A DNA stretch of 64,000 nt. Origin: Nitrospirota bacterium. Lineage in GTDB: Bacteria; Nitrospirota; UBA9217. The stretch spans positions 992,001 through 1,056,000 of the forward strand of contig CAWBNQ010000001.1 in assembly GCA_963790205.1 (NCBI GenBank), given 5' to 3'. The notes beneath the pieces are model-generated. The model was given only the letters and a program-made list of their open reading frames with translations, searched no databases and was not told where the DNA came from. Position 1 is the first letter of the stretch; every line of letters starts with the position of its first letter. Of the stretch, positions 20,474 through 30,258 are shown in pieces. A program made the translations under genes and the position numbers.

Positions 20474-20914
20474 GTCTTTTTGTACACTTAACGCCATTTT
20501 TTGTCAAGCAAGAAATGGTGCACCATCTGGCACCTTTTCGCTGTTCTTATTTGGAATAGCCCGGCAACGCGAAAGCAGAAGGAACGCGTCCTGCTCCATC
20601 GCGACCTCGGCGGCATGATCGCAAAGCGTGTTTGTATCCGAGCTATCGCTGAAAAAGGCTTCGGCCGTAAAAGCGTTCGGCACGGAGACTGTGGCGCACC
20701 GTGGCAGAACAGCATTCGTAAACAGCAATATCCGGTGGCTTCGGAAGATTATTTTCTTGAATTCCTGCATAAAAATGATAATATGAAAAACCATGAAAAA
20801 GTCAGCGTGCTCTGTTCGATCGTAAGAGAACGCTGCTGATCAATATACAATACACGATACACGTTTGAGAACTCCGTTCTCTGACGAAGTTTACCGCAGG
20901 TGGAGATGAACCAG

Positions 20915-23548
20915 ATGATCGGTATGATCCTGAAAAAAGTATTCGGAACCGCGAACGACCGGGAATTGAAACGCATCCAGGTGCTGGTTGATAAGATCAA
21001 CGCGCACGAGACCGCAGTGTCCGGGCTCCCTGACTCCGGCCTGCGGGCCAAGACGGACGAGTTCAAGGGGCGGCTGGAGCAGGGCGAGACGCTCGACGAT
21101 ATCCTTCCCGAGGCCTTCGCCGTGGTGCGCGAGGCATCGAAGCGGACGCTCGGGATGCGCCATTTCGACGTGCAGCTCATCGGCGGCATCGTGCTCCACA
21201 GCGGCAGGATCTCCGAGATGAAGACCGGCGAGGGCAAGACCCTCGTTGCCACGCTCCCGGTGTACCTGAACAGTCTCAGCGGCAAGGGCGTCCATGTGGT
21301 CACGGTGAACGATTACCTCGCCCGGCGCGACGCGCAATGGATGAGTCCCGTCTATACCTTTCTCGGCCTGACCGTGGGCGTCATCGTTCACGGCCTCACC
21401 GATGAAGAGCGGCAGCAGGCCTACGGCGCGGACGTGACCTACGGAACGAACAACGAGTTCGGCTTCGACTATCTCCGCGACAACATGAAGTTCGACCTCA
21501 AGGAATATGTCCAGCGCGAGCTCAATTACGCCATCGTGGACGAGGTGGACTCGATCCTGATCGACGAGGCCCGCACCCCGCTTATCATCTCGGGCCCCAC
21601 GGAAGACTCCACGGACAAGTATTACAAGATCAACCGCATCATTCCGAGCCTCAAAAAGGAGGAGGACTACACCATCGAGGAAAAGACCAAGACCGCGGCC
21701 CTGACCGAGGAGGGAAACGTCAAGGTCGAGAAGATGCTCGGCGCGGGCAACCTGTACGACCCGTCGAACGTCGACCTCGTGCACCACGTACACCAGGCCC
21801 TGAAGGCCCACGCCCTGTTCCATCGCGACGTAGACTACGTGGTCAAGGACAACCAGGTCATGATCGTCGATGAGTTCACGGGCAGGCTCATGCCCGGCAG
21901 GCGCTGGAGCGACGGCCTGCACCAGGCCATCGAGGCGAAAGAGGGCGTCAAGATCGAGAACGAGAACCAGACCCTGGCCTCGATCACGTTCCAGAACTAT
22001 TTCCGGCTTTACGGCAAACTCGCGGGCATGACCGGCACGGCCGAGACCGAGGCGGCCGAATTCGCGAAGATCTACAACCTCGACGTCGTCATCGTCCCCA
22101 CCCACCAGCCGATGATCCGCATCGACAATCCCGATTTTATTTACAAGAACGAGCAGGCCAAGTTCAACTCGGCGATCAAAGAGATCGAGGAGCGGCACAA
22201 AAAAGGCCAGCCCGTGCTCGTGGGAACCATCTCGATCGTCAAATCCGAGACGCTGGCGTCCATGCTCAAAAAAAAGGGCATCAGGCATTCTGTGCTGAAC
22301 GCCAAGTATCACGAGATGGAGGCCGAGATCGTGGCCCAGGCCGGCCGCTACGGCGCGGTAACGATCGCGACGAACATGGCGGGCCGCGGCACCGATATCG
22401 TCCTGGGCGGCAACCCCGAGGGGCTCACGCGCCAGGCGCTCAAGAGCAAAGAACATTCAAAGGAAGAATGGAACAAGACCTTGGAGCAGTTTAAGGCGCT
22501 CTGCGCCGGTGAAAAGGAGAAGGTCATTGGGGCGGGCGGCCTTCACATCCTCGGCACGGAACGGCATGAAGCGCGCCGGATCGACAACCAGCTCCGCGGA
22601 CGCTCGGGCAGGCAGGGCGACCCCGGCTCGTCGCGGTTCTACCTTTCGCTTGAAGACGATCTTTTGAGGATCTTCGGCTCAGACCGCATTTCAGGCCTCA
22701 TGGGCAAGCTCGGCATGGAAGAAGACGTCCCCATCGAGCACCGCATGGTGTCCCGCGCCATCGAGAACGCGCAGAAGAAGGTGGAAGAGCACAACTTCGA
22801 GATGCGCAAACACATCCTCGAATACGACGATGTCATGAACCAGCAGCGGAAAGTAATTTACGAGCAGCGCCGGCAGATCCTGGCGGGGGAAGACCTCAAG
22901 GACGATGTGCTCGACCTGGCCGAAGACATGTGCGACGGCATCCTCGATTTCTATTGCCCCGAGAGCGCCTATCCCGAGACCTGGGACGTTACGGGCCTCA
23001 AAGACGCGCTTGCGGCCAAGTTCTCCTTTCGCCTGACCGATATCGACCCGCAATCCCTCCCGCGGGAGGATTTCCGCGAAAAGCTCTGGGGAGCCCTGCA
23101 ACAGAGCTATAATGACAAGGAGAAGGAGATCGGCCCCGAGCTCATGCGCCACCTCGAGAAGGTGTTCATGCTTCAGGCCGTGGACAACCAGTGGAAAGAC
23201 CACCTCCTGGCCATGGACCATTTAAAGGAAGGCATCGGGCTCAGGGGCTACGGCCAGAAAGACCCCCTCATCGAATACAAAAAAGAAGGGTTCGACATGT
23301 TCGAGGAGATGAAGCTCCGCATTGTCGAAACGACCGTCGAGAACCTGTTCAGGATCAAGGTCGCGGCAAAAGACCAGGGAGAACAGATCGAGCGGCGTCA
23401 ACGTCGCCAGATGGAGAAGCTCAGCTTTGCCGGGGCCGGCGCAGCAGCGGCGGTCCCCGCGCCCGTGCACGCGGCACAGAAGGTCGGCAGAAACGATCCC
23501 TGTCCGTGCGGAAGCGGGCTCAAGTACAAGAAGTGCCACGGGAAATAA
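20915..23548 (+). CDS. secA: Preprotein translocase subunit SecA
   Basis: [49 protein letters not shown]. Confidence 0.99.
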   Translation: MIGMILKKVFGTANDRELKRIQVLVDKINAHETAVSGLPDSGLRAKTDEFKGRLEQGETLDDILPEAFAVVREASKRTLGMRHFDVQLIGGIVLHSGRISEMKTGEGKTLVATLPVYLNSLSGKGVHVVTVNDYLARRDAQWMSPVYTFLGLTVGVIVHGLTDEERQQAYGADVTYGTNNEFGFDYLRDNMKFDLKEYVQRELNYAIVDEVDSILIDEARTPLIISGPTEDSTDKYYKINRIIPSLKKEEDYTIEEKTKTAALTEEGNVKVEKMLGAGNLYDPSNVDLVHHVHQALKAHALFHRDVDYVVKDNQVMIVDEFTGRLMPGRRWSDGLHQAIEAKEGVKIENENQTLASITFQNYFRLYGKLAGMTGTAETEAAEFAKIYNLDVVIVPTHQPMIRIDNPDFIYKNEQAKFNSAIKEIEERHKKGQPVLVGTISIVKSETLASMLKKKGIRHSVLNAKYHEMEAEIVAQAGRYGAVTIATNMAGRGTDIVLGGNPEGLTRQALKSKEHSKEEWNKTLEQFKALCAGEKEKVIGAGGLHILGTERHEARRIDNQLRGRSGRQGDPGSSRFYLSLEDDLLRIFGSDRISGLMGKLGMEEDVPIEHRMVSRAIENAQKKVEEHNFEMRKHILEYDDVMNQQRKVIYEQRRQILAGEDLKDDVLDLAEDMCDGILDFYCPESAYPETWDVTGLKDALAAKFSFRLTDIDPQSLPREDFREKLWGALQQSYNDKEKEIGPELMRHLEKVFMLQAVDNQWKDHLLAMDHLKEGIGLRGYGQKDPLIEYKKEGFDMFEEMKLRIVETTVENLFRIKVAAKDQGEQIERRQRRQMEKLSFAGAGAAAAVPAPVHAAQKVGRNDPCPCGSGLKYKKCHGK

Positions 23549-23651
23549 TCAACAACGCGGAGACAAAGAGACACGGCGAAGAGGATACGTGCGAACGCAG
23601 ATTCATGATTTAAGGTCCCCCCTGTCTCCTGTTCACTAAGTCTGATAAACT

Positions 23652-24458
23652 ATGCGAATAGCGGGCATACAGATAAGCGCCGGTCCGGACCTCGAGCGGA
23701 ACATCCGGCGCGCCATTGAGATGGCGGAGGTGGCTGCTGAAAAGGCCGCGAAGATCATCTGCTATCCCGAGCTCTTTCTTACGCACTGGTTCCCGAAGAA
23801 CGAAAACAAGTCATCCTTCTCTTTGGCATTAAGTTCGCTGAGCGGTACGTTAAGCCGGTTCCAGCAAGTTTCGGAGAACACCAGGACTGTACTGCTCGTC
23901 CCTTTCTTCGAATCCCTGGGCGGAAAATATTACAACAGCACGGCAATGTACGACTCCGGCAAACTGCTCGGGGTCTACCGCAAGATCCACCTGCCCGATA
24001 TCCCGCTCTACCGTGAACGTTACTACTTTTCACCCGGCGATACCGGCCTTCCCGTTTTTGACACGTCGCAGGGGAAGATCGGCATTCAGATCTGCTGGGA
24101 TAACCTGTTCCCCGAGGGCAGCCGCGTTCTGGCGCTCAAGGGCGCCGAGATCGTGTTCGCCCCTACGGCTGCCGCGCTCAACAACCACCGTCATTGGGAA
24201 ACTGCTATTTCGGCAAATGCCTTCGCCAACAACATATTCATTTTCCGGGTGAACCGTGTGGGCAAGGAGGACGGCATCTCGTTCTACGGCCGGAGCTTCT
24301 GCGTCGATCCCTGGGGTGAACTGGTCTCTGAGCTTGCCGGCGGCAAAGAAGCGATCGTCCTCGCGGACATCGATCTTTCCGAGCGCGTGGCGGCCTCCGA
24401 GACCTGGGGTTTCCTCAAGCACCGTAGGCCGGAAGAATACGGGGACCTGGCGAAATAG
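23652..24458 (+). CDS. Carbon-nitrogen hydrolase (nitrilase family)
   Basis: E-K-C triad: YPELF, YRKIHLP, ICWD. Confidence 0.92.
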   Translation: MRIAGIQISAGPDLERNIRRAIEMAEVAAEKAAKIICYPELFLTHWFPKNENKSSFSLALSSLSGTLSRFQQVSENTRTVLLVPFFESLGGKYYNSTAMYDSGKLLGVYRKIHLPDIPLYRERYYFSPGDTGLPVFDTSQGKIGIQICWDNLFPEGSRVLALKGAEIVFAPTAAALNNHRHWETAISANAFANNIFIFRVNRVGKEDGISFYGRSFCVDPWGELVSELAGGKEAIVLADIDLSERVAASETWGFLKHRRPEEYGDLAK

Positions 24459-24549
24459 CGGTTCCACGATGCTTCCCTCTCAATAATCTGATCGTTTCGT
24501 TCTCTTCGGCACAAGGCCTCTTCGCAAACGCCAACACGAGGTGAAGTAC

Positions 24550-25578
24550 ATGAAAGCCATGGTGTTGAGGAAAACCGCCAGCCTCTCTGAAAATAAATCA
24601 CCCCTTGAATCCGCCGATCTTCCTATCCCGGTTCCGCAAGAAAAAGAAATCCTGATAAAAGTCTCGGTCTGCGGCGTGTGCCACACGGAACTTGACGAGA
24701 TCGAAGGAAGGCTGCTGCCGTCGAAATATCCGATCATTCTTGGTCACCAGATCGTCGGCCGTGTGGAGCAACCGGGGAAGAACGCGGACAGGTTCAGGAT
24801 CGGCGACCGGGTCGGCATTGCCTGGATTCATTCAGCCTGCGGGAAGTGCAAATACTGTCGCCATGGCATGGAAAATCTCTGCAACGAGTTCAAGGCAACG
24901 GGCAGGGACGCTGATGGTGGTTATGCGGAATATACGACCGCGCCTGAGGACTATGCGTACAAGATTCCGGATGTATTTTTCGATGCCGAAGCAGCGCCGC
25001 TTTTATGCGCCGGCGCGATCGGATATCGTTCGCTGCGGTTGACGAACCTGAAGGACGGCGAGAACCTTGGGTTAACCGGGTTCGGCGCCTCCGCTCATCT
25101 GGTGCTCACGATGGTGAAACATCGGTACCCTCGCGCGAAAATTTTCGTTTTTTCAAGGACCGGGGCGGAGCAAGTGTTCGCCAAAGAGCTCGGCGCTGTC
25201 TGGGCGGGCAATACCGATGAAACAACGCCCGAGAAGCTCCATGCGATCATCGATACGACTCCGGCATGGGACCCGATGAAGGAGGCTCTCAAGAACCTCG
25301 AGCCGGGCGGACGGCTTGTGATCAACGCGATACGAAAAGAGGAAGCGGACAAGGGCGCCCTGCTCAAGGTCGATTATTCCCGCGACCTCTGGATGGAAAA
25401 GGAGCTCAAGAGCGTGGCGAATATTACACGAAGGGACGTAGAAGAGTTTCTTCGCATGGCCGCGGAGATCCCGATCAGGCCCGAGGTCCAGGAATACCGG
25501 CTTGAAGAAGCAAACACCGCTCTGCTTGAACTGAAAGAACGAAAGATCCGCGGGGCGAAGGTATTGAGAATCGGATAG
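24550..25578 (+). CDS. Zinc-dependent alcohol dehydrogenase family protein
   Basis: CGVCHTEL, GHQIVG, CGKCKYC..C, GFGASA. Confidence 0.93.
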   Translation: MKAMVLRKTASLSENKSPLESADLPIPVPQEKEILIKVSVCGVCHTELDEIEGRLLPSKYPIILGHQIVGRVEQPGKNADRFRIGDRVGIAWIHSACGKCKYCRHGMENLCNEFKATGRDADGGYAEYTTAPEDYAYKIPDVFFDAEAAPLLCAGAIGYRSLRLTNLKDGENLGLTGFGASAHLVLTMVKHRYPRAKIFVFSRTGAEQVFAKELGAVWAGNTDETTPEKLHAIIDTTPAWDPMKEALKNLEPGGRLVINAIRKEEADKGALLKVDYSRDLWMEKELKSVANITRRDVEEFLRMAAEIPIRPEVQEYRLEEANTALLELKERKIRGAKVLRIG

Positions 25579-25591
25579 GCCCATTTTAATA

Positions 25592-26518
25592 ATGCCCATG
25601 ACCGTCATGATTGTACTTATACTGGCGTCCCTGATTTTGTTGGTATGCTATGTTGCCCGCAATGAGGAACGGGAAGAACTCTCCGATAGTGTGAGAATAA
25701 AAGCCCCGGGAAAATTCGTACGGCTGCCGGACGGATCCGTGCACTATGAACTGGCAGGTCCCGCGGACGGGGAGACGGTAGTTCTGGTGCACGGCTTCTC
25801 CACCTGGTCCTTTACCTGGGACGCCACGTTTCATGCGCTTGTCGACTCAGGATTCCGCGTATTGCGCTACGACCTCTACGGCCGGGGCTACTCCGAACGG
25901 CCCGCCGTCGTCTATGATAAAGACCTCTTCGACCGTCAACTCTACGGACTCCTTGCTGTTCTTGATATCCATGGCCGGGTCGACTTCGTCGGCAACTCCA
26001 TGGGGGGCCTCATCACTACGACCTTTGCGGCCCGCCATCCTGAAAAGGTCAGGACGCTGACACTGATCGATCCGGCCTTTTTCTTTCTCGAACGCGTACC
26101 GTTTCCCCTCGGGATGCCGCACATCGGAGATTACGTGGGGCGTGTGTACGTTGTTCCTTTTATTGCAAAGGCCCAGACAAAGGACTTTAAACACCCGGAG
26201 CGATTCTCTGAGTATGATCGCATTTACCGGATCCAGATACGGTATAAAGGTTTTTCGCGCGCGATCTTGTCGACGATCCGAAGCTTGCCGCGCTGGAATG
26301 CCGCGGAGGACCTCAAACGAGTAAGCCAGACAAACACCCCGGTACTCTTGGTATGGGGCAGGGAGGACAGGACCGTTCCGCTTGCCGTGAGCGACAAGGT
26401 GAGGGCGATCGCGCCCCGCGCGGAATTTCACGTGATCGATGACGCGGCCCACATGCCCCACTACGAACGGCCTGAGATTGTCAACCCCGTCATCATTCGA
26501 TTTCTGGCTTCAAAATGA
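25592..26518 (+). CDS. Alpha/beta hydrolase with N-terminal anchor
   Basis: HGFS, GNSMGG, EDRTVP, AAHMPH. Confidence 0.9.
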   Translation: MPMTVMIVLILASLILLVCYVARNEEREELSDSVRIKAPGKFVRLPDGSVHYELAGPADGETVVLVHGFSTWSFTWDATFHALVDSGFRVLRYDLYGRGYSERPAVVYDKDLFDRQLYGLLAVLDIHGRVDFVGNSMGGLITTTFAARHPEKVRTLTLIDPAFFFLERVPFPLGMPHIGDYVGRVYVVPFIAKAQTKDFKHPERFSEYDRIYRIQIRYKGFSRAILSTIRSLPRWNAAEDLKRVSQTNTPVLLVWGREDRTVPLAVSDKVRAIAPRAEFHVIDDAAHMPHYERPEIVNPVIIRFLASK

Positions 26519-26537
26519 AGGAGGACATTCGCTGATC

Positions 26538-27041
26538 ATGGACTTGCTCGAAGGGATCTATACGCGCCGGAGCATCCGGCGTTATACCAACCAGACGATC
26601 GGACGGGAGCAATTGCTCGAGGTCATCAGGGCCGGGATGTGGGCGCCATCGGGCCTCAATAACCAGCCGTGGCGGTTCGTCATCGTGACGAATGAAGAAG
26701 TTCGAACGAAGCTCGCACAGCAGACGAGATATGACTTCATCATCAAGAAAGCCCCGGCATGCATCGCCGTGTTCCTGGATAAAAGCGCGATGTATCATGA
26801 GGTCAAGGACCATCTGGCAATGGGCGCCTGCATAGAGAACATGCTGCTCGCGGCCCATGCACTCGGGCTGGGGGCGGTATGGCTCGGCGAAATATTGAAA
26901 AACGCCGATGCCGTAAGAAGGCTCCTCGGAGTTCCGGAAACAATGGAGCTCATGGCGATCGTGGCCCTGGGCCATCCTGAGGCGCGGAATCGGACATCGA
27001 TCCGAAAAGAAATTTCCGAGGCAGTACTCAGGGAATTGTAG
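26538..27041 (+). CDS. Nitroreductase family protein
   Basis: RRSIRRY, WAPSGLNNQPWRF, LGLGAVW. Confidence 0.93.
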   Translation: MDLLEGIYTRRSIRRYTNQTIGREQLLEVIRAGMWAPSGLNNQPWRFVIVTNEEVRTKLAQQTRYDFIIKKAPACIAVFLDKSAMYHEVKDHLAMGACIENMLLAAHALGLGAVWLGEILKNADAVRRLLGVPETMELMAIVALGHPEARNRTSIRKEISEAVLREL

Positions 27042-27129
27042 TTTCTCTCTGCGGCAGCTTCCCAACGCATTCGATAATAGCGATTCACCCTCTCACTCCA
27101 AGCCCTCAAGCGACGCACGTTACCGCACG

Positions 27130-27148
27130 GTATTCGAAAATCGAATAC
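27130..27148. promoter_or_regulatory. Inverted repeat GTATTCGA-N3-TCGAATAC, candidate enhancer (UAS)
   Basis: Perfect 8-bp arms about 130 bp upstream of a sigma54 motif. Confidence 0.45.
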
Positions 27149-27275
27149 TTTTTTTCGATAATCAAATAAGAACCCCCGGTCTCCGACCCATCCACATTGC
27201 TCCGTCTAACCACAAGCATTTGTATCAAAAAGACATTTCTCTCATCAGTTCCGGTTCTATTCATATAATTTTGCT

Positions 27276-27292
27276 TTGGCATGACGGATGCA
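27276..27292 (+). promoter_or_regulatory. Sigma54 -24/-12 promoter TTGGCATGACGGATGCA
   Basis: GG-N10-GC spacing in TGGCA..TGCA context, upstream of the PP2C start at 27350. Confidence 0.7.
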
Positions 27293-27349
27293 CTGTAATG
27301 GCTCGATGAGATTAAACAGAGTATTCGTTTGGCAAAGCAGGAGCCGGTC

Positions 27350-28273
27350 ATGATACCTGAGTCGATAAGCTGTCTAAAAAAGATCATGGGTGTAAAAGAA
27401 GAGCAGAAGACAAAAACAGTGAGTCATGAGAAACCCGGCGAAGCGAGCCGGGTGCTTCAGCCAGCATATACGTTGAGGCTCAAACCTGAGTCGGAGGCAC
27501 AGGCGGCGTCCGCTGAAACCGTGCAAACAACAGAAGCCCGGACTGTTCCTCTGAACATCTCGTGGAACGGCTGCACGGCGATCGGTATGATGAGAGACCA
27601 TAACGAGGACAATTATGCTTACCTTCTTTTCGGAGAAAAATCGCTCTTTGTGGTCGCGGACGGCATGGGGGGGCACGACGCCGGAGAAGTTGCGAGCAGG
27701 ATAGCGGTGGAGACCGTGTGCGAGGAAATGAGAAAAGGAGCGAAGACGGACCGCGATCCGCAGGGGCTTGTCGAGCTCGCCGTTCAGCGGGCCAATAATG
27801 AGGTGCGGCGCGAAGGCGCAAGCAAAAAGTCGGACATGGGCACAACGTTGAGCGTCGCACTGATCGCCGATAATACCGCGTATATAGCGAATGTCGGGGA
27901 CAGCAGGGTCTACTGGATAGAAAATGGATCGATCACCCAGATAACCGAAGACCATTCCCTGGTGGCGAAACTGGTCGCCGTGGGAAAGCTGACGCGGGAA
28001 GAGGCCAGGGGCCACCCCCGATCGAACCTGCTCTACCGCACCATCGGAAACGATGAGACCGTCAAGGTGGATACATTTCAAGTGGCGCTGAAAAAGGGCG
28101 GCAGCCTCCTGCTCTGTACCGACGGGTTGTGGGGAGAGGTGGCCGATCAAGAAATTCACAAAGTTTTCGCTGCGGGAAGCGATGCAAAGACCGCCTGCGC
28201 CACGCTGGTGCAGATGGCAAACGAGAACGGCGGGAAGGACAATATTACGGCAATGGTGGTGAAAGTATTTTGA
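27350..28273 (+). CDS. PP2C-family Ser/Thr phosphatase (Stp1/PrpC-like) with N-terminal extension
   Basis: RDHNED, VADGMGG, MGTT, NVGDSR, CTDGL, GGKDNIT. Confidence 0.95.
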   Translation: MIPESISCLKKIMGVKEEQKTKTVSHEKPGEASRVLQPAYTLRLKPESEAQAASAETVQTTEARTVPLNISWNGCTAIGMMRDHNEDNYAYLLFGEKSLFVVADGMGGHDAGEVASRIAVETVCEEMRKGAKTDRDPQGLVELAVQRANNEVRREGASKKSDMGTTLSVALIADNTAYIANVGDSRVYWIENGSITQITEDHSLVAKLVAVGKLTREEARGHPRSNLLYRTIGNDETVKVDTFQVALKKGGSLLLCTDGLWGEVADQEIHKVFAAGSDAKTACATLVQMANENGGKDNITAMVVKVF

Positions 28274-28341
28274 GATGCAGGATATAACCAACTCCAGCAT
28301 GCAGCATGGATCATGAGGTATTGATAGAAGGAGGAATCAAA

Positions 28342-29613
28342 ATGAAAAGCGATCTGGATGTACGAAGCGTTATGAGCAAGGACTCGCTGTTGACCGTGGG
28401 TACCGAACAGGCGGTCTATGCACTGGTGAAGATCCGCCCCGGGGGCGGAACCGCGCTCGGCGAGATGCCGGCGAATTTCGCCCTGGTCCTGGACCGGAGC
28501 GGTTCCATGGACGGCGAGAAGATGGACAATGTAAAGGAGGCGGTTGGATACGTGGTGGACCACCTGAACGATACGGACCGTGTCTCGATCACGATCTTCG
28601 ACGATCAGGTGGAGACGCTGGTACCGAGCCGGTCCGCGAAGGACCGGGAAGAGATCAAAGGCAAAGTCGCCGCCGTGATCGCGCGCGGCGGCACCCAGAT
28701 ATCGGACGGCCTCAAGGCAGGCCTGGCGGAGGTGAGAAAGGGATACGCGAAGGACCGCGTCAACCGGATACTCTTGCTCACGGACGGCCAGACGTGGGAC
28801 GATGAAGACGCCTGTATGAAGCTTGCCGACGAAGCGGGGAAGGAAGGCATCGCGGTCACGAGCATCGGCATCGGCGAGGAGTGGAACGAGAAGCTCCTGC
28901 TCCAGATCGCCGAACGATCGCACGGCGACTCGCACTGGATCGAGAGCCCTCTCTCCATCCTCGACGCCTTCCGGCAGGAGGTGGAGGGCATGCAGTCCGT
29001 AACGGCTACGAACCTCAAGGTCACGGCCCGCATGAGTCCCGGGGTGAAGCCGGTAAAGGTGTACGCCACGGTCCCGATGATCGTTGATGTGAGCAAAAAG
29101 GCCGTGAGCGGAAGCAGCGTCGCAGTGGACCTGGGAGCTTTCGACGGTAAGAAGGGCCAGGCAGTGCTGATCGAGGCGCGCATCGCGCCGCAGAAAGAGG
29201 GCAGGTTCCGCCTGGGTCAGGTGGAAGCAACCTATGACGTCCCGTCGCAGGGCGCCATCGGACTGAGCGTGAAGTCGGACCTCTTTGTAACAATGACCGG
29301 CGACGCAGCGGCCGCAGCGAAGGTGAACGCCGAGGTGATGAACCTCGTGGAGAAAGTGAGCGCGTTCAAGCTGCAGACCAGGGCGCTCACCGAAGCAGAG
29401 GCAGGGAACATCGCGGCAGCCACGCAGAAGCTGCAGGCTGCGGCCACGGTATTTCTGAACATGGGAGAGGATGACCTCGCGGAAGCGGCGGAGCAGGAGA
29501 TCCTCTCGCTCAAGAAGACCGGCTCGCTCACCGCTGCGGGCACCAAGAAGCTTGAATACGGCACGAGGAAGCTGACCCGGGCGATGACGGAGAACATGAA
29601 AAAAACCGCATGA
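28342..29613 (+). CDS. VWA domain protein
   Basis: MIDAS DRSGSM, GGT, LTDG; helical C-terminal tail. Confidence 0.92.
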   Translation: MKSDLDVRSVMSKDSLLTVGTEQAVYALVKIRPGGGTALGEMPANFALVLDRSGSMDGEKMDNVKEAVGYVVDHLNDTDRVSITIFDDQVETLVPSRSAKDREEIKGKVAAVIARGGTQISDGLKAGLAEVRKGYAKDRVNRILLLTDGQTWDDEDACMKLADEAGKEGIAVTSIGIGEEWNEKLLLQIAERSHGDSHWIESPLSILDAFRQEVEGMQSVTATNLKVTARMSPGVKPVKVYATVPMIVDVSKKAVSGSSVAVDLGAFDGKKGQAVLIEARIAPQKEGRFRLGQVEATYDVPSQGAIGLSVKSDLFVTMTGDAAAAAKVNAEVMNLVEKVSAFKLQTRALTEAEAGNIAAATQKLQAAATVFLNMGEDDLAEAAEQEILSLKKTGSLTAAGTKKLEYGTRKLTRAMTENMKKTA

Positions 29614-29712
29614 GCAAAGGACAGAACGTCCTGTGCGGACCACCCCTCATCACTGCCCTCCTCTGAGAGGAGGAAGGGGAGAGGGAACGTGAAAAAAAAG
29701 GAGAATATTGCC

Positions 29713-30150
29713 ATGAAATGCAAAGAATGTCAGATGGAAAACATCGAAGGAGCGCTCTTCTGTGAAGAGTGCGGAGCAAGGTTGACGGAAGAACCGGAGG
29801 TCCTCGATACCGGCGTCGAACCGGAGGTCGAGCATATGGTTCTTGCGACTTCTGACGGAAGCACGCTGGAGATCCCGGCCAAGGACGAGGTCGTGATCGG
29901 CAGAGAAGATCCGATCAGCGAAGTGTTCCCTGATGTGGACCTCACGGGCCTGGGCGGCATGGAGAACGGCGTTTCCCGGAAACACGCGGTCATTCACCGC
30001 ACGGGCGCGGACTATACCGTCGAGGACATGGGTTCCACGAACGGTACTTACATCAACAGGAAGAAGCTCCAGCCCCACGCGCCGCAGGCCATCAAGCCTG
30101 GCGACGAATTGAGGTTCGGAAAGTTGTCGCTGAAGCTAAAGGCGGCGTAG
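29713..30150 (+). CDS. Zinc-ribbon plus FHA domain protein
   Basis: CKEC..CEEC; IGR, VSRKH, STNGT. Confidence 0.92.
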   Translation: MKCKECQMENIEGALFCEECGARLTEEPEVLDTGVEPEVEHMVLATSDGSTLEIPAKDEVVIGREDPISEVFPDVDLTGLGGMENGVSRKHAVIHRTGADYTVEDMGSTNGTYINRKKLQPHAPQAIKPGDELRFGKLSLKLKAA

Positions 30151-30258
30151 GGAATCAACGAAAGGACGATGACGACGGGAGTTGCAACGTCGTCTCTCGT
30201 CAGCGCGAGCAGGGCGCACGCTCGTCTATCGTCCCTCGTTCAAGGAAGGGAGGCAACC

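Noticed and set aside
20501..20839. Small ORFs between arsR and secA
   Set aside because: Overlap on both strands, no motif or clear RBS
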